The notes beneath the pieces are model-generated. The model searched no databases and had not been told where the DNA came from. It saw only the letters and a program-made list of their open reading frames with translations. Position numbers and translations under genes: made by a program. A stretch of DNA of 62,684 nucleotides from an uncultured Gammaproteobacteria bacterium. GTDB taxonomy: Bacteria > Patescibacteriota > Patescibacteriia > UBA11705 > JABHMO01. Positions 43,135 through 53,493 of the stretch are shown here, piece after piece. The stretch spans positions 1 to 62,684 of the forward strand of contig CAZAKN010000006.1 in the NCBI GenBank assembly GCA_964486065.1, read 5' to 3'. The first letter of the stretch is position 1, and each line of letters starts with the position of its first letter.

Positions 43135-44399
43135 AAAGATATGTGTTTATTGAATAAAGCATTATCTTTAAAAGGTCCGATTACCGCCAAATTCAGTTTT
43201 TCCCGGATAAAATATTTCGTGGCAATTTCTTTGATTTGTTTGACTGTTACCTTATCGTAATTTTTTAATTTTTCTTCCAAACTCATCAATCCTCCCTGCA
43301 ACAATTCTTGTTTGGCGTAGTATTCCGCCTTGACCGAAGAATCTTCCAACTGCAAAGTTAATTTACCTCGCAAGTAATCACGAGCTTTCTTCAATTCATC
43401 GGCGGTAATTCCATTATTTTTAATCTTTTTCAATTCGGTTTGAATAATCTTCAGTGCCTCCGGCAAACGGCTCTTATCCAAGCCCGCGTGGACCAGAAAA
43501 TTGCCGGCATCTTCGTAAAAATTGGGATAAGCCCGCACGAAATAAGCCAAACCTTTTCTCTCTCGCACGGAAATAAAAAGTCGCGAACTCATATTACCGC
43601 CCAGAACTATGCTCAATAAATGCAAAGCATAACGATCATCATCTTGATAACCGAAAGTCGGGAACCCCAAAGCCATTTGAACTTGTTTAGTGCTTTTATA
43701 TTGCAAAGCGACGCGCGGACTTTTTTGTTTATCAATGAAATTTTTAAACTCACTTTTATTTCCTTTTCCCTTTTTAACTTTGGCGATATATTTCCTTTCT
43801 AGAGAAGCTATCAACTCTTTTTTTATTTTTCCGGACACGGCTATAACCAGATTATCGGGACGATAATGATCATGATAATAATCCACCATTTGTTTGCGAC
43901 TGACTTTTTTTATTACTTGCACCGGTCCTGCCACATCACGAGCCATTGAATTACCTTTAAAAACGCTTTCTTCAAACACGGTTTCCAAATGCATGAGCGG
44001 ATTATCTTTGTACATATTGATTTCTTCAATAATCACGCCCCGCTCGCGATTCAATTCGCGAGCGTCAAATCTGGTATTAAGTAACATATCGCTTAGAATA
44101 TCGGTGGCCAAGTCTGCTTTTTCCGCGTCTATTTTAATATAATAACCGGTATAATCTTTAGCTGTCATGGCGTTAAATTCCGCGCCCACACTATCCAATT
44201 CGCGTGAAATATCCAGAGTGGTGGGTCGCTTTTTCGTGCCTTTGAACATCATGTGCTCAATAAAGTGAGATATACCGTTTATTTCCGCGCTTTCGTATCT
44301 TGAACCCACGCCGAATAAAAATAAAATTGTTACCGCTTTGGTGTCTTGAGACGGAATTTGCAACAACCTCAACCCGTTGTCATATTTTTTTATTTTCAT
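43131..44399 (-). CDS. M16-family zinc peptidase (insulinase-like)
   Basis: HFIEHMMFKGT (HxxEH) motif. 422 aa. ATGA overlap with tpiA. Confidence 0.9.
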   Translation of the reverse strand: MKIKKYDNGLRLLQIPSQDTKAVTILFLFGVGSRYESAEINGISHFIEHMMFKGTKKRPTTLDISRELDSVGAEFNAMTAKDYTGYYIKIDAEKADLATDILSDMLLNTRFDARELNRERGVIIEEINMYKDNPLMHLETVFEESVFKGNSMARDVAGPVQVIKKVSRKQMVDYYHDHYRPDNLVIAVSGKIKKELIASLERKYIAKVKKGKGNKSEFKNFIDKQKSPRVALQYKSTKQVQMALGFPTFGYQDDDRYALHLLSIVLGGNMSSRLFISVRERKGLAYFVRAYPNFYEDAGNFLVHAGLDKSRLPEALKIIQTELKKIKNNGITADELKKARDYLRGKLTLQLEDSSVKAEYYAKQELLQGGLMSLEEKLKNYDKVTVKQIKEIATKYFIREKLNLAVIGPFKDNALFNKHISL

Positions 44400-44411
44400 A
44401 ATATTTGTAAA

Positions 44412-45056
44412 TTAATCTTCTTCAATTCCCAGCAAAACCCTCGCGTTGGTTTTTAATCTTTGCCACCAACTTTGCTGATATTTGATAGTCGCCTTGTTTT
44501 TTTCAGCTGTATTTAAAACCTGTATTTCAGCGGTATTTATGGGATCGGATTTTTTGAAATCATCTGTTAATTCCGGATCTTCCGGCACCTCGGCCGAATC
44601 TTGTTGTGACTCATTATCATTCATTTGCTCGTCTGAATCAACTTCTTTAGATTCCACTTCCAACACTTCATTTTTCGTATTTTCAATTTCCTTCAATTCA
44701 TCTTGCTCCAATTTTTTTTTCATTCCAGACAACATTTCTTCCATAGCCTCCTTTTTTTCCAACAAATGCTCCTCATACCTGTCATCTCCCCGCAAATCAA
44801 GCAATCGTATTTCCGATTCTCGCTCGGCTTTCACTTTTTCCAAATATTTGATCTTGCTTTTCACGCCAAAAGAAAAACTGAACTTCAACTCCTCCGCGTA
44901 AATATCCGCCCAATACCAAAAGGATGTAGGTAAAATTCCCGCTTCCTCCGCCAATTCAGCTTCAATTCCCCTTGATTTATTTGATTTGGTTTCCGCTATC
45001 GCGGGGATCGGCAAAGAGATCATCAGTATAAATAATGTCAATAATGCGATTTTCAT
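44412..45056 (-). CDS. secreted hypothetical protein (DUF5667-like N-terminus, acidic C-terminus)
   Basis: Signal peptide. GILPTSFWYWADIYAEELKFSF resembles DUF5667, which is common in CPR genomes. Confidence 0.65.
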   Translation of the reverse strand: MKIALLTLFILMISLPIPAIAETKSNKSRGIEAELAEEAGILPTSFWYWADIYAEELKFSFSFGVKSKIKYLEKVKAERESEIRLLDLRGDDRYEEHLLEKKEAMEEMLSGMKKKLEQDELKEIENTKNEVLEVESKEVDSDEQMNDNESQQDSAEVPEDPELTDDFKKSDPINTAEIQVLNTAEKNKATIKYQQSWWQRLKTNARVLLGIEED

Positions 45057-45058
45057 AA

Positions 45059-45448
45059 TTATTCCATTTTTATTAATTCTCCATTGATATTTAATTCAAT
45101 GATATGTTCGGCTTGGCCGGATAAATATCTGGCGCATTGATTTTCCGGTAAATCATCAATGCTTTCTCTCGGCTCATGAGCGATATCCAAAACCCAATCC
45201 GGCGACAACTCTTCAGTCAAGCATGGTCCACTGTTCATATCCACTCCCGTCGCGCGCATTTGAAAATAAATGTTCTTCGCTTTGCCAATTAATTCCGTTT
45301 TTACATTTTGTTTTTGACTTTCGGGAGAATTAACCGGCGGAATTTTGGCGATCAACATACTTACTGTGAAAATAACCATAAAAGCCAAACAAATTATCAC
45401 TACTATTTTTCCCGCTTTTTCAGGTTTGACTTCTTGCGGTTTGAACAT
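45059..45448 (-). CDS. membrane-anchored hypothetical protein
   Basis: 129 aa with a single N-terminal TM helix. Confidence 0.6.
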   Translation of the reverse strand: MFKPQEVKPEKAGKIVVIICLAFMVIFTVSMLIAKIPPVNSPESQKQNVKTELIGKAKNIYFQMRATGVDMNSGPCLTEELSPDWVLDIAHEPRESIDDLPENQCARYLSGQAEHIIELNINGELIKME

Positions 45449-45449
45449 A

Positions 45450-46454
45450 TTATTCTCGCATTATTTCCTTGGCGGTCCGCCATAAACTATCATCTCCTTT
45501 TACTTGCTTCATCCAATACCACCATTCCGCCCCCCACCAGTAAGCAGCTGACAAACCCGTCTTTTTCGCGTAATCCGCGTGTATTTTCAACCTTTCCGTG
45601 TCCATGGAATATTTCATTTCTTCAAGCGACATTTCTTTCATCGGGACTCTGGCCCACGGCTCACCTTGTAATTCGGAAATAATTATTTCATCCAAATCTT
45701 TAGCCGTCAATCTGGCTTTTAAATTGTAAAATGCCGGTGGCAGATGATAATAAAAATATCCTAAAAATTGATTGTGCGTTACTCTGTATAAAGTGGTTCC
45801 GAATAAATCTCCCACGCGTGACGGCGTGGCCCAAAATCCCAATTCTCCACTATCGGTGATTAAAACCGGACGATCGTCCAAATTTTTCACCACCGCAACT
45901 TCTCTGCGTAGCAAATCAACATCAGCCGGCGGACAATCGCCAAAAGAGTCCAACATTGGTTCATTTTCCACTTGCCAAGCCACGACACCGTTTTCATTCT
46001 TGTACCTTTTAACCACTTCAGCCACCATTTCCAATTGTTCCGCCTTGACCAATTTTTGAGACAATGCATCCAGCCAAACCGGATCGTGACATTCCGGCCA
46101 GCGAGGCGTTCGCCTACCCAAAACCAAAATTATATCTATGTCTCGTTTGGTCGCTTCGGCGATCTGCCAATCAAGTTCCGCGAAATTCCAAGCGCCTCGC
46201 ACTTTTTCCACTTCATCCCACGGCGCAGCCAAACGCAAATGCTTAACTTGCAAATCATCCAAAATCGCCAAATAAGTTTCCTGCCAATCCAAGCCCAATT
46301 CTTCAGCGTATTGAGGTGAAAAATGCACGCCAAAATAAAAATCATCGCGTGAAAAATCCGCTTTAAAAAAGATCACCGCCGTCGTGGCGACCATGATAAT
46401 CACAATCAATAAATAAATAGTTGTTCTGACGGCTTTTGATTTATTAAATCTCAT
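45450..46454 (-). CDS. clan GH-A (TIM-barrel) glycoside hydrolase-like protein, membrane-anchored
   Basis: WQVENEP acid/base-type motif and an N-terminal anchor. Family not assigned. Confidence 0.6.
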   Translation of the reverse strand: MRFNKSKAVRTTIYLLIVIIMVATTAVIFFKADFSRDDFYFGVHFSPQYAEELGLDWQETYLAILDDLQVKHLRLAAPWDEVEKVRGAWNFAELDWQIAEATKRDIDIILVLGRRTPRWPECHDPVWLDALSQKLVKAEQLEMVAEVVKRYKNENGVVAWQVENEPMLDSFGDCPPADVDLLRREVAVVKNLDDRPVLITDSGELGFWATPSRVGDLFGTTLYRVTHNQFLGYFYYHLPPAFYNLKARLTAKDLDEIIISELQGEPWARVPMKEMSLEEMKYSMDTERLKIHADYAKKTGLSAAYWWGAEWWYWMKQVKGDDSLWRTAKEIMRE

Positions 46455-46457
46455 AAA

Positions 46458-47363
46458 TTATCCGCGAGCCAATAAAGCCAGCCCCGCGACGATTATCAAT
46501 AAACTGAATATTTGCAAACTGATTTCACTTTTAGTGAATTTTTCTTTTAAAATTTTTGGGAATTTATATGTGAACACAATCACCAAAACAAACAATATGG
46601 CATATTGCGCGCCCGCTAAGGCATTAACCAAAGTGGCGCTCTGCAAAGAGATAGCATAACCGATAAGTAATGCGTAGGCTCCAGCCAAGCCTTTGTTTAA
46701 ACCCAAAAGAGCAAAACCTTTTTTGTCTATTTTAACTCCTTGTTTTTTACTGAGATCTCGCCACAGGCCGGGTAAAAAAAGTAATGGTAAAACCGCCAAT
46801 GCGCTACCTATTCTGGCCCAAGCAAAGCCGGTGGCAAAAGTTTCTTGCAAGTACACAAATCGTAAAAGAGCGTAAGACAAAGCAAAAAATAACCCCGCCA
46901 AAAACGCCCATAAAACTCCGATATGCCAACCGTCATGCTCATCACTTTTCTCCGAAGCGATCAATAACGCGCCGGCGGATAATAAAAATACAGCAATCAA
47001 CTGTCCGGAAGTCAATAATTCACTGAAAAACAAGTAAGAAAAAAGAATTGAAAAAACCGGCACCAAACCTCCGGTTAAAGGCGCGATATGTGAAGCTTCA
47101 CCTTTTTTCATGCCCATGTAAAAAAACTGTAAAGCAATCGTGAAAACCGCACCGGACAATAATGCTGTCCATAATTCCGACCAAGCCGGCCACCAATTAA
47201 AATCTTTTGAAAAAACAAAAACCAGACCGAACAGATTGGCGATGGCCGTCCAAAAAGTTAACACTGCCGGACGCGGAAAACTTTTACTTATCAGTAATTT
47301 ATCCAAAAATTGCGCGCCGGCATTACAAAAATTAGCGATAATTACTATCCAAAACCATAACAT
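46458..47363 (-). CDS. EamA/DMT-family transporter
   Basis: 301 aa, about 10 TM helices in two EamA-like halves. Confidence 0.85.
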   Translation of the reverse strand: MLWFWIVIIANFCNAGAQFLDKLLISKSFPRPAVLTFWTAIANLFGLVFVFSKDFNWWPAWSELWTALLSGAVFTIALQFFYMGMKKGEASHIAPLTGGLVPVFSILFSYLFFSELLTSGQLIAVFLLSAGALLIASEKSDEHDGWHIGVLWAFLAGLFFALSYALLRFVYLQETFATGFAWARIGSALAVLPLLFLPGLWRDLSKKQGVKIDKKGFALLGLNKGLAGAYALLIGYAISLQSATLVNALAGAQYAILFVLVIVFTYKFPKILKEKFTKSEISLQIFSLLIIVAGLALLARG

Positions 47364-47416
47364 ATGACAGACACATTATATCAAAAAAAAAGCAATTTTA
47401 CTAATACCTGAATAAT

Positions 47417-47444
47417 AAAAAAGAGGATCCTTTCGGGGATCCCC
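47417..47444 (-). terminator. Rho-independent terminator after the histidine kinase gene
   Basis: Stem GGATCC/GGATCC with a 6-nt loop, followed by a T-run on the minus strand. Confidence 0.75.
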
Positions 47445-47450
47445 TTATGC

Positions 47451-50400
47451 TTAATCATCCAGAGCCTTGCGCAAGAGAGAAATCAGTTCTTCTCCCTTAA
47501 AAGGCTTGGATATAAAATGTGCATCTTCGGGAATTATACCATGGTCCGATACAACTTCTTCATTGTAACCGGACATAAACACCACTTTTATTGCCGGATT
47601 TTTCTCTTTGACTTTTTCCGCCAATTCTTTGCCATTCAAGCCGGGCATTTTCACATCCGTTAACAGCAAATGGAATTGCGACAAATCCTTTTCCGACATG
47701 CGTGCAATTCGCAAAGGCTCGCTGAAAGCCTCAACTGCAAAACCCGAATGTTCCAAAAGCTTTTGAGCTACATTTAAAACACTGATTTCATCTTCCGCCA
47801 TAAGAATTCTTTCTTTACCGTCAAGATGCTTTTGCTCAGCTTCGCGCATTTGCCGAGCCTGATCGGAAACGCTTTCCCGTCTGGGCAAATATATTTTGAA
47901 CTTGGCGCCGTTTTTACCGGAACTGATCCTGAAATAACCTTCCATTTGACTGATAATGCCAAAAGCGGTGGACAGTCCCAGACCCGTGCCTTTACCTTGA
48001 GCCTTGGTGGTGAAGAAAGGTTCAAAAACCCTTTTCAAATGTTCTTCATCAATGCCGGTTCCGTTGTCGGCAACTTCCAGCACCACATACTCTCCGGGTA
48101 AAATCTTACCTCCACCGGCAGCCGGCAAAGCTATTTGTACCACCTTATTGACCAAGTTAATTTCTATTTTACCGTCGTTAACCTTGCCTTCAAGCTGTTC
48201 TTCACTTTGTCTGCTTTCAATGGCGTCTCTGGCATTGATAACCAGATTCAGCAAGACTTGCTCCACCTGCGTGGGGTCAACTCGGACTCGCCAAAGATCA
48301 TTCACGGCTTGCCAAGACAATTGCAAATCTTCACCAATTGTTCTAATCATGATTTTGACATTGTTCTCCACCAGTCCGGACAAATCGGTATCCAACATTC
48401 TGATCGGCTGTTTGCGACTGAACGCCAATAATTGCTTGTTCAATTCAGCCGCTCTCCTGGTAGCTTTTTCTATCTCCGCCAAACACTCTCGCGCATCATC
48501 GCTCAAATCGGAAGAAAACAGTCTCATCACTTCCACATTGGCGGTGATTACCGTCAAATTGTTGTTGGAATCATGAGCCATACCTCCGGCCAGACGCCCC
48601 ACCGCTTCCATTTTTTGCGCTTGGTTCAATTGTTCCCGCAAAATAGCTTTTTCTTCCGCGAAAATCGTTTTCTCGGAAACATCTCTTAAAGTGGCTTGGA
48701 TAATCTTTTTATCACCATGCGATTTTTCAAACAAATCCATGTTGATTTTCAAAGTTACCTGTCCACCGTCTTTGCGCTTCATGAAAAATTCGTAACCGGC
48801 GCCCGGAGATCGCAACAAGCTCTCTTTGATCTTGTAATCAAGTTCAAAAAAGGTCAGCAAATTACGCCCCAAAATTTCACCGGTTTTATAACCCGTAAAC
48901 TTACCGACTTGCGGATTGCATTCAATAATCAAACCATTGTCATCACAAAGCAAAACTCCCACGCTGAGTTGTTCAATCATCTTACGATGTCGTTTTTCAC
49001 TTCTCCTCAACGCGTTAACCGCTTTTTGACGACCGATAACATTCACTGTCAAATCGCTGATACGCTTCATTAGTTCATAATCTTTTTCCGTCCAGACTCT
49101 GCTTTTCCGAACGCAATCCAGTCCCAGAAAACCGATTGTAACACCTTCGCGAATCATCGGCACGGCCAACAAAGATTGGATGCTTTGCTCTTGTAAGATT
49201 TTTTTCTCACCACGCGCTTCTTCGGGCAAATCATCCATTTCATCCAAGATGATCGGCTTAAATCTTTCCAGTTGATCCCACCACCACGGGATAATGTCCA
49301 CCGACAGCATTTGCAAATTATTGATCTGCGGTGCTATTCCGGCACGACAATACTCGTGAGTGTTACTAACGAAAAAACTTCCGTCTTGCTCTCTAGCATC
49401 AAACACATAAGCGCGATCAGCGCTAAAATAATCCGCCAATGTTTTCAGCATATTATCAACGCCTTCTCCAACGCGTTTAATCGGCAAATTGTTAAATTCC
49501 GTGGAAAATTCGGAAAACAGCGCGTTCTCCGCGGCCGCTTGCCGGTCAAGCGTTACATCCACGAACTTAACATAGCGTTTTTCTTTGCCATCCGGCCAAG
49601 CGATCATATGTGATTCCGCGCGATACCATTTATTCGTGGCACCTTTTCCTTGCAATTGCATGGGAGATACTTTTTTGAACGAAGAATTCTCACAGCCCGG
49701 ACAAGCCAAACCGAATTCTCCCAATATCTCACAGCACTTACCGCCCACAGCCGTATTTCCGAAAATTTGCAAAAACGCGGGATTGGCCTGCATAATCACA
49801 TGTTCTTCCGGATCCGCAATGTAACTCGGCATATCAGTGGCTTCATGCATGGCGCGCAACTTGGCCAAACTTTCCGCCAGCTCTTGCTCGGCTTTCTTAC
49901 GATTGGAAATGTCTCTGGAAACTCCCACCAAACCTATCGGCTTGCCGGTTTTATCCCGCAAAAACCTGATGGTGATTTCCACCCAGATTCTCTCTCCCGA
50001 CTTGGTTTTCTCATAAATTTCCACGCTTTGTGAACGATCCCAATCTCTTTGTCCACTCATCTCCGCGGCCAATTCATGATTAAAAAGCGACAAAAGTCTC
50101 TCCAAGTCCGGCTGATCCATAAAATCCAGTAAAGTCAATTGCAAAGCTTCTTCCGGCGTCCAACCAAAAACCTGTTCAACCGACGGACTGAAAAATTTAT
50201 AGTTCAATTTCAAATCCGTTTCCCAAATCACATCTTTCACGCTCTTCAACAACAGTTCATATCTTTTTTCGGACTCCAGTTTCTCGGCCTGCCAACGCCG
50301 ATTTTCCATCACCTTTTGATACACATTTTCCACCGCTTCCAAAAACGGCGACACATGAAAAGGCTTGATGATGTAATCCAACGCGCCCAAACGCATGGCT

Positions 50401-50678
50401 TGTTGCGCGCTTTCCAGATTGGCTTCACCGGTTACCATTATAACGCCAACATCCAAATGATTCTTCTGGATCTTGGCCAACAATTCCAACCCGCTGACTC
50501 CTCGCAAATAGATATCGCCAACAACCACATCAATTTGTTCGGTTCGCAATACTTCCAAAGCATCGGCCGCGTTATCGGCAAGAAAACACTCATAGCCTTT
50601 TCTTTTACTGAAAATGTCTCGAGCCAAATCCAACATGACAGTTTCATCATCAACGAACAATACGGCTCGTTTTTCCAT
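47451..50678 (-). CDS. hybrid sensor histidine kinase/response regulator (REC-PAS-GAF-PAS-HisKA-HATPase-REC)
   Basis: 1075 aa. N- and C-terminal receiver domains, H-box MAHDSNNNL, G-boxes DNGTGI and GKGTGLGLS. GAGGAG SD. Confidence 0.93.
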   Translation of the reverse strand: MEKRAVLFVDDETVMLDLARDIFSKRKGYECFLADNAADALEVLRTEQIDVVVGDIYLRGVSGLELLAKIQKNHLDVGVIMVTGEANLESAQQAMRLGALDYIIKPFHVSPFLEAVENVYQKVMENRRWQAEKLESEKRYELLLKSVKDVIWETDLKLNYKFFSPSVEQVFGWTPEEALQLTLLDFMDQPDLERLLSLFNHELAAEMSGQRDWDRSQSVEIYEKTKSGERIWVEITIRFLRDKTGKPIGLVGVSRDISNRKKAEQELAESLAKLRAMHEATDMPSYIADPEEHVIMQANPAFLQIFGNTAVGGKCCEILGEFGLACPGCENSSFKKVSPMQLQGKGATNKWYRAESHMIAWPDGKEKRYVKFVDVTLDRQAAAENALFSEFSTEFNNLPIKRVGEGVDNMLKTLADYFSADRAYVFDAREQDGSFFVSNTHEYCRAGIAPQINNLQMLSVDIIPWWWDQLERFKPIILDEMDDLPEEARGEKKILQEQSIQSLLAVPMIREGVTIGFLGLDCVRKSRVWTEKDYELMKRISDLTVNVIGRQKAVNALRRSEKRHRKMIEQLSVGVLLCDDNGLIIECNPQVGKFTGYKTGEILGRNLLTFFELDYKIKESLLRSPGAGYEFFMKRKDGGQVTLKINMDLFEKSHGDKKIIQATLRDVSEKTIFAEEKAILREQLNQAQKMEAVGRLAGGMAHDSNNNLTVITANVEVMRLFSSDLSDDARECLAEIEKATRRAAELNKQLLAFSRKQPIRMLDTDLSGLVENNVKIMIRTIGEDLQLSWQAVNDLWRVRVDPTQVEQVLLNLVINARDAIESRQSEEQLEGKVNDGKIEINLVNKVVQIALPAAGGGKILPGEYVVLEVADNGTGIDEEHLKRVFEPFFTTKAQGKGTGLGLSTAFGIISQMEGYFRISSGKNGAKFKIYLPRRESVSDQARQMREAEQKHLDGKERILMAEDEISVLNVAQKLLEHSGFAVEAFSEPLRIARMSEKDLSQFHLLLTDVKMPGLNGKELAEKVKEKNPAIKVVFMSGYNEEVVSDHGIIPEDAHFISKPFKGEELISLLRKALDD

Positions 50679-50726
50679 TTCACTTTCTCCTCATGGTTTT
50701 GTTGTCAAACAGCAAATACATGCCAT

Positions 50727-50755
50727 ATATTACAATAAAATAATGAAAATATCAA
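50727..50755 (-). promoter_or_regulatory. putative promoter of the hybrid kinase gene
   Basis: Minus strand TTGATA-17 nt-TAATAT. Confidence 0.6.
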
Positions 50756-50806
50756 GACATAAAAAAAGAACCATTCGGTCCTTTTTTTGTTTAAATTTAT
50801 AAAAAA

Positions 50807-52237
50807 TTAATCTGCGGATACCGACTGATCCAAATCCCATTGTCCGTTTGTCATCAATTTTTCATAATCATCCAAACTGTTAATCGGCTCAATTATGCGA
50901 TAATTATTCCAAAAAGACATACTCAAATCATCAACCAATCGTCGCCAATCCGCGCCAAACAATTCCGTGGCCAATTCTTCTGTCGCGATATGCGCCAATC
51001 TGCCACCACGCAAAACCGCATAAACTTTATTATCTTCCGGTGAAGTGATCAATCTTTCTCCGGGACGATAAGTAACAAAACCACCATCTTCAATTTCAGC
51101 CAATTGATTTTCTTGTACTGTTTTTATGCTGGTGAAATCAGGATACCAAGAAAAAAAACATTTTTCATTGGGAAAAGCGTATTTACGAAAATCAGAAGCA
51201 ATGTAATAAACCGTGCTATCTTGACCTTTTATCAAATCCCCTTGGTTCAGCCCCTGCGGTAGCAGTTCCGGTGCTTCAATTTTATCGGTCAAATCAATAT
51301 TTTTAAAGTATGCTTGTTTTTTTCGGGCGGACACGAAATAAATATTATTTTGATGACCGCTTAAAAATAAAGCATTGCTTTTGTCATGAGACATAATTTG
51401 ATTTTTCTCGCGATCATAAATTTTTATTTTATACATGGATAATTCTTCATCCCAAACGGTAACCGCTACATAATCACCGAACACCTCCAAATCTCGTGCA
51501 TCTGCTCCTGAAAAAAACTCCGCCGGCAAAGTCTCGGCTCGGCGTGAAGATAAATCATAAATTTTTATTTCATCATCCGCTCGCCAGATTAAATTATTTT
51601 CGTTAAGTTTAAATTGAAATCCCGGCTTCAAGCCGGTAACCAGTTTTTCGGATGTATTATTTTGCAAAGAATACAAATTCAGCGAATAACGACCATTAGA
51701 CTCATAGCGACCGTAAACGATTTGCTTGTTCTCTATTTGTAAACCCACCGGCCAATTCACTTGTGTTAATTCTCGTGTGCCTTGTTCTTTATTGAAATAA
51801 TATGTTTTTCCGGTACCAAGGGAAAAAACCACTTCTTCACCATGGGCGGACAAATAATACGGTTGCGACAATTCATTTATTGAAAAACTTTGCCACAATT
51901 TCGCTTCATGACTGATCAAATCATATCCGTAAAAACTGACGCCACTTTCTCCGGCTTCCAACCAAAATAAATACTCGCCGTCAGCGGCCGCGGACAAAGG
52001 GTTCCCTCCGTCCTCGGAAACGCCGTATTCTTTATTATTAACCAAGTTATACACTTTCAACTTTCGCCCCGCATCACTATTTTCAAGCCAAATCAAGTTA
52101 TCGTCGGTGTAAATGAATTGTTCAACCAGACCGGCTTCAATTTCTAAATCTTGTTCAGCGAATTCACCGGCTGAAGCGAAATTCAAAGGCAAACAGATTA
52201 AAAGCGCGCTTAAAAAAAAGATTATTCCGTTTTTCAT
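50807..52237 (-). CDS. secreted repeat-rich (beta-propeller-like) hypothetical protein
   Basis: 476 aa with a signal peptide. Recurrent strand patterns of the YxL/IW type. No family assigned. Confidence 0.7.
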   Translation of the reverse strand: MKNGIIFFLSALLICLPLNFASAGEFAEQDLEIEAGLVEQFIYTDDNLIWLENSDAGRKLKVYNLVNNKEYGVSEDGGNPLSAAADGEYLFWLEAGESGVSFYGYDLISHEAKLWQSFSINELSQPYYLSAHGEEVVFSLGTGKTYYFNKEQGTRELTQVNWPVGLQIENKQIVYGRYESNGRYSLNLYSLQNNTSEKLVTGLKPGFQFKLNENNLIWRADDEIKIYDLSSRRAETLPAEFFSGADARDLEVFGDYVAVTVWDEELSMYKIKIYDREKNQIMSHDKSNALFLSGHQNNIYFVSARKKQAYFKNIDLTDKIEAPELLPQGLNQGDLIKGQDSTVYYIASDFRKYAFPNEKCFFSWYPDFTSIKTVQENQLAEIEDGGFVTYRPGERLITSPEDNKVYAVLRGGRLAHIATEELATELFGADWRRLVDDLSMSFWNNYRIIEPINSLDDYEKLMTNGQWDLDQSVSAD

Positions 52238-52248
52238 AATGTTTATTT

Positions 52249-53349
52249 TTATTTTTTGTTTTTCATTAATTTAACAGCCAACAAAGTGGCGATCGGCACA
52301 GATAAAACCAAACCGATACTGCCGGCTAAAGTTCTGACAATTTCCGTGGCGATCATTTCACTATTGATAACCTGAGCAACTCCGGTAAACGGTTCCACTT
52401 TTAATATGAATAAAAGTAACAATGGCAAAGAGACTCCGGCATAAGCCAAAAACAAAGTGTTGGTCATGGAACTGATGTGATCAACTCCCACAGCCATGGA
52501 TCTTTTAAATAAATGCCAATCCGGTAATTTCGCGTTGGCTTTTCTCAATTGTTCCACCACGGAAATCTGACTGATTACGACATCATCCAAAACACCGAGA
52601 ATACCGATTATTATCCCGGCCAACAATAATCCCCGGAAATCTATTGCCATATGATTCAAGCTGACTAGATAAGAAATTTCCTCATTGGACGAACCTTTCA
52701 ATTGACTTAAATAAACAAACAAAACAGCCAAAACTCCAGTAAATAATAAACTGATCGCCAAACTAAGAATCGCCACATTGGCTTTGCGCGTAAAACCCCA
52801 AGTTATGTACACGATTAACGCCAAAATAATGATCGCTCCCAAAATACTGACCAAGAGCGGACTGTAACCTCGCAAAATCAAAGGCAAAATCAGTTTCATG
52901 ATAACCAAAAAACTGATCGCTAAACTGAGCAAATCGTATAGTCCCCTTCTTCCTCCGACAAAAAACAGTGACAAAGCAAACAAACCCGCCAACCAATACA
53001 AAATACCGAGTCGCACATGATCAATTATGTAAAAAACGGTTTCCCCTTCCGGTCCGCTCATGGCTGAAACCAAAACCTTATCGTCTTTTTTTACTTCCAC
53101 TCCCGACAAAACATCAATCTCGGAAATTCCGCGCGTCTCCACTTCTTGATCGCGCCAATCACCTTCCAAACCGATCAACCTGACATTTTGTTGAAGAGCG
53201 GTTTGTCCGTTTTCTCGAACAAAAGATCTTTCCCTCAAAATTTCAACCACGCGAGCCTCAAAGATTTCTTCTTGAGGGTTATGTTCCGCCGCCACGGAAG
53301 ACGGTAAAAAAATTAAAATCAGGAATAAGATTGTGAGTATTTTTTTCAT
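52249..53349 (-). CDS. YibE/F-like multi-pass membrane protein
   Basis: The ATG at 53349 gives a signal/anchor, an extracytoplasmic domain and then about 7 TM helices. Family call is tentative. Confidence 0.65.
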   Translation of the reverse strand: MKKILTILFLILIFLPSSVAAEHNPQEEIFEARVVEILRERSFVRENGQTALQQNVRLIGLEGDWRDQEVETRGISEIDVLSGVEVKKDDKVLVSAMSGPEGETVFYIIDHVRLGILYWLAGLFALSLFFVGGRRGLYDLLSLAISFLVIMKLILPLILRGYSPLLVSILGAIIILALIVYITWGFTRKANVAILSLAISLLFTGVLAVLFVYLSQLKGSSNEEISYLVSLNHMAIDFRGLLLAGIIIGILGVLDDVVISQISVVEQLRKANAKLPDWHLFKRSMAVGVDHISSMTNTLFLAYAGVSLPLLLLFILKVEPFTGVAQVINSEMIATEIVRTLAGSIGLVLSVPIATLLAVKLMKNKK

Positions 53350-53493
53350 ATTATAAATTATTACCATGGAACACAGACGATAAAAACCAAGCATGAAGAA
53401 TGTCCCGCGTTTGGTGATCCGTGACTAATGCTCTATGTTTTGTATATTATAACAAATTCCTTTATAATTAAGAAGTGATTATTAACAGTTTTT

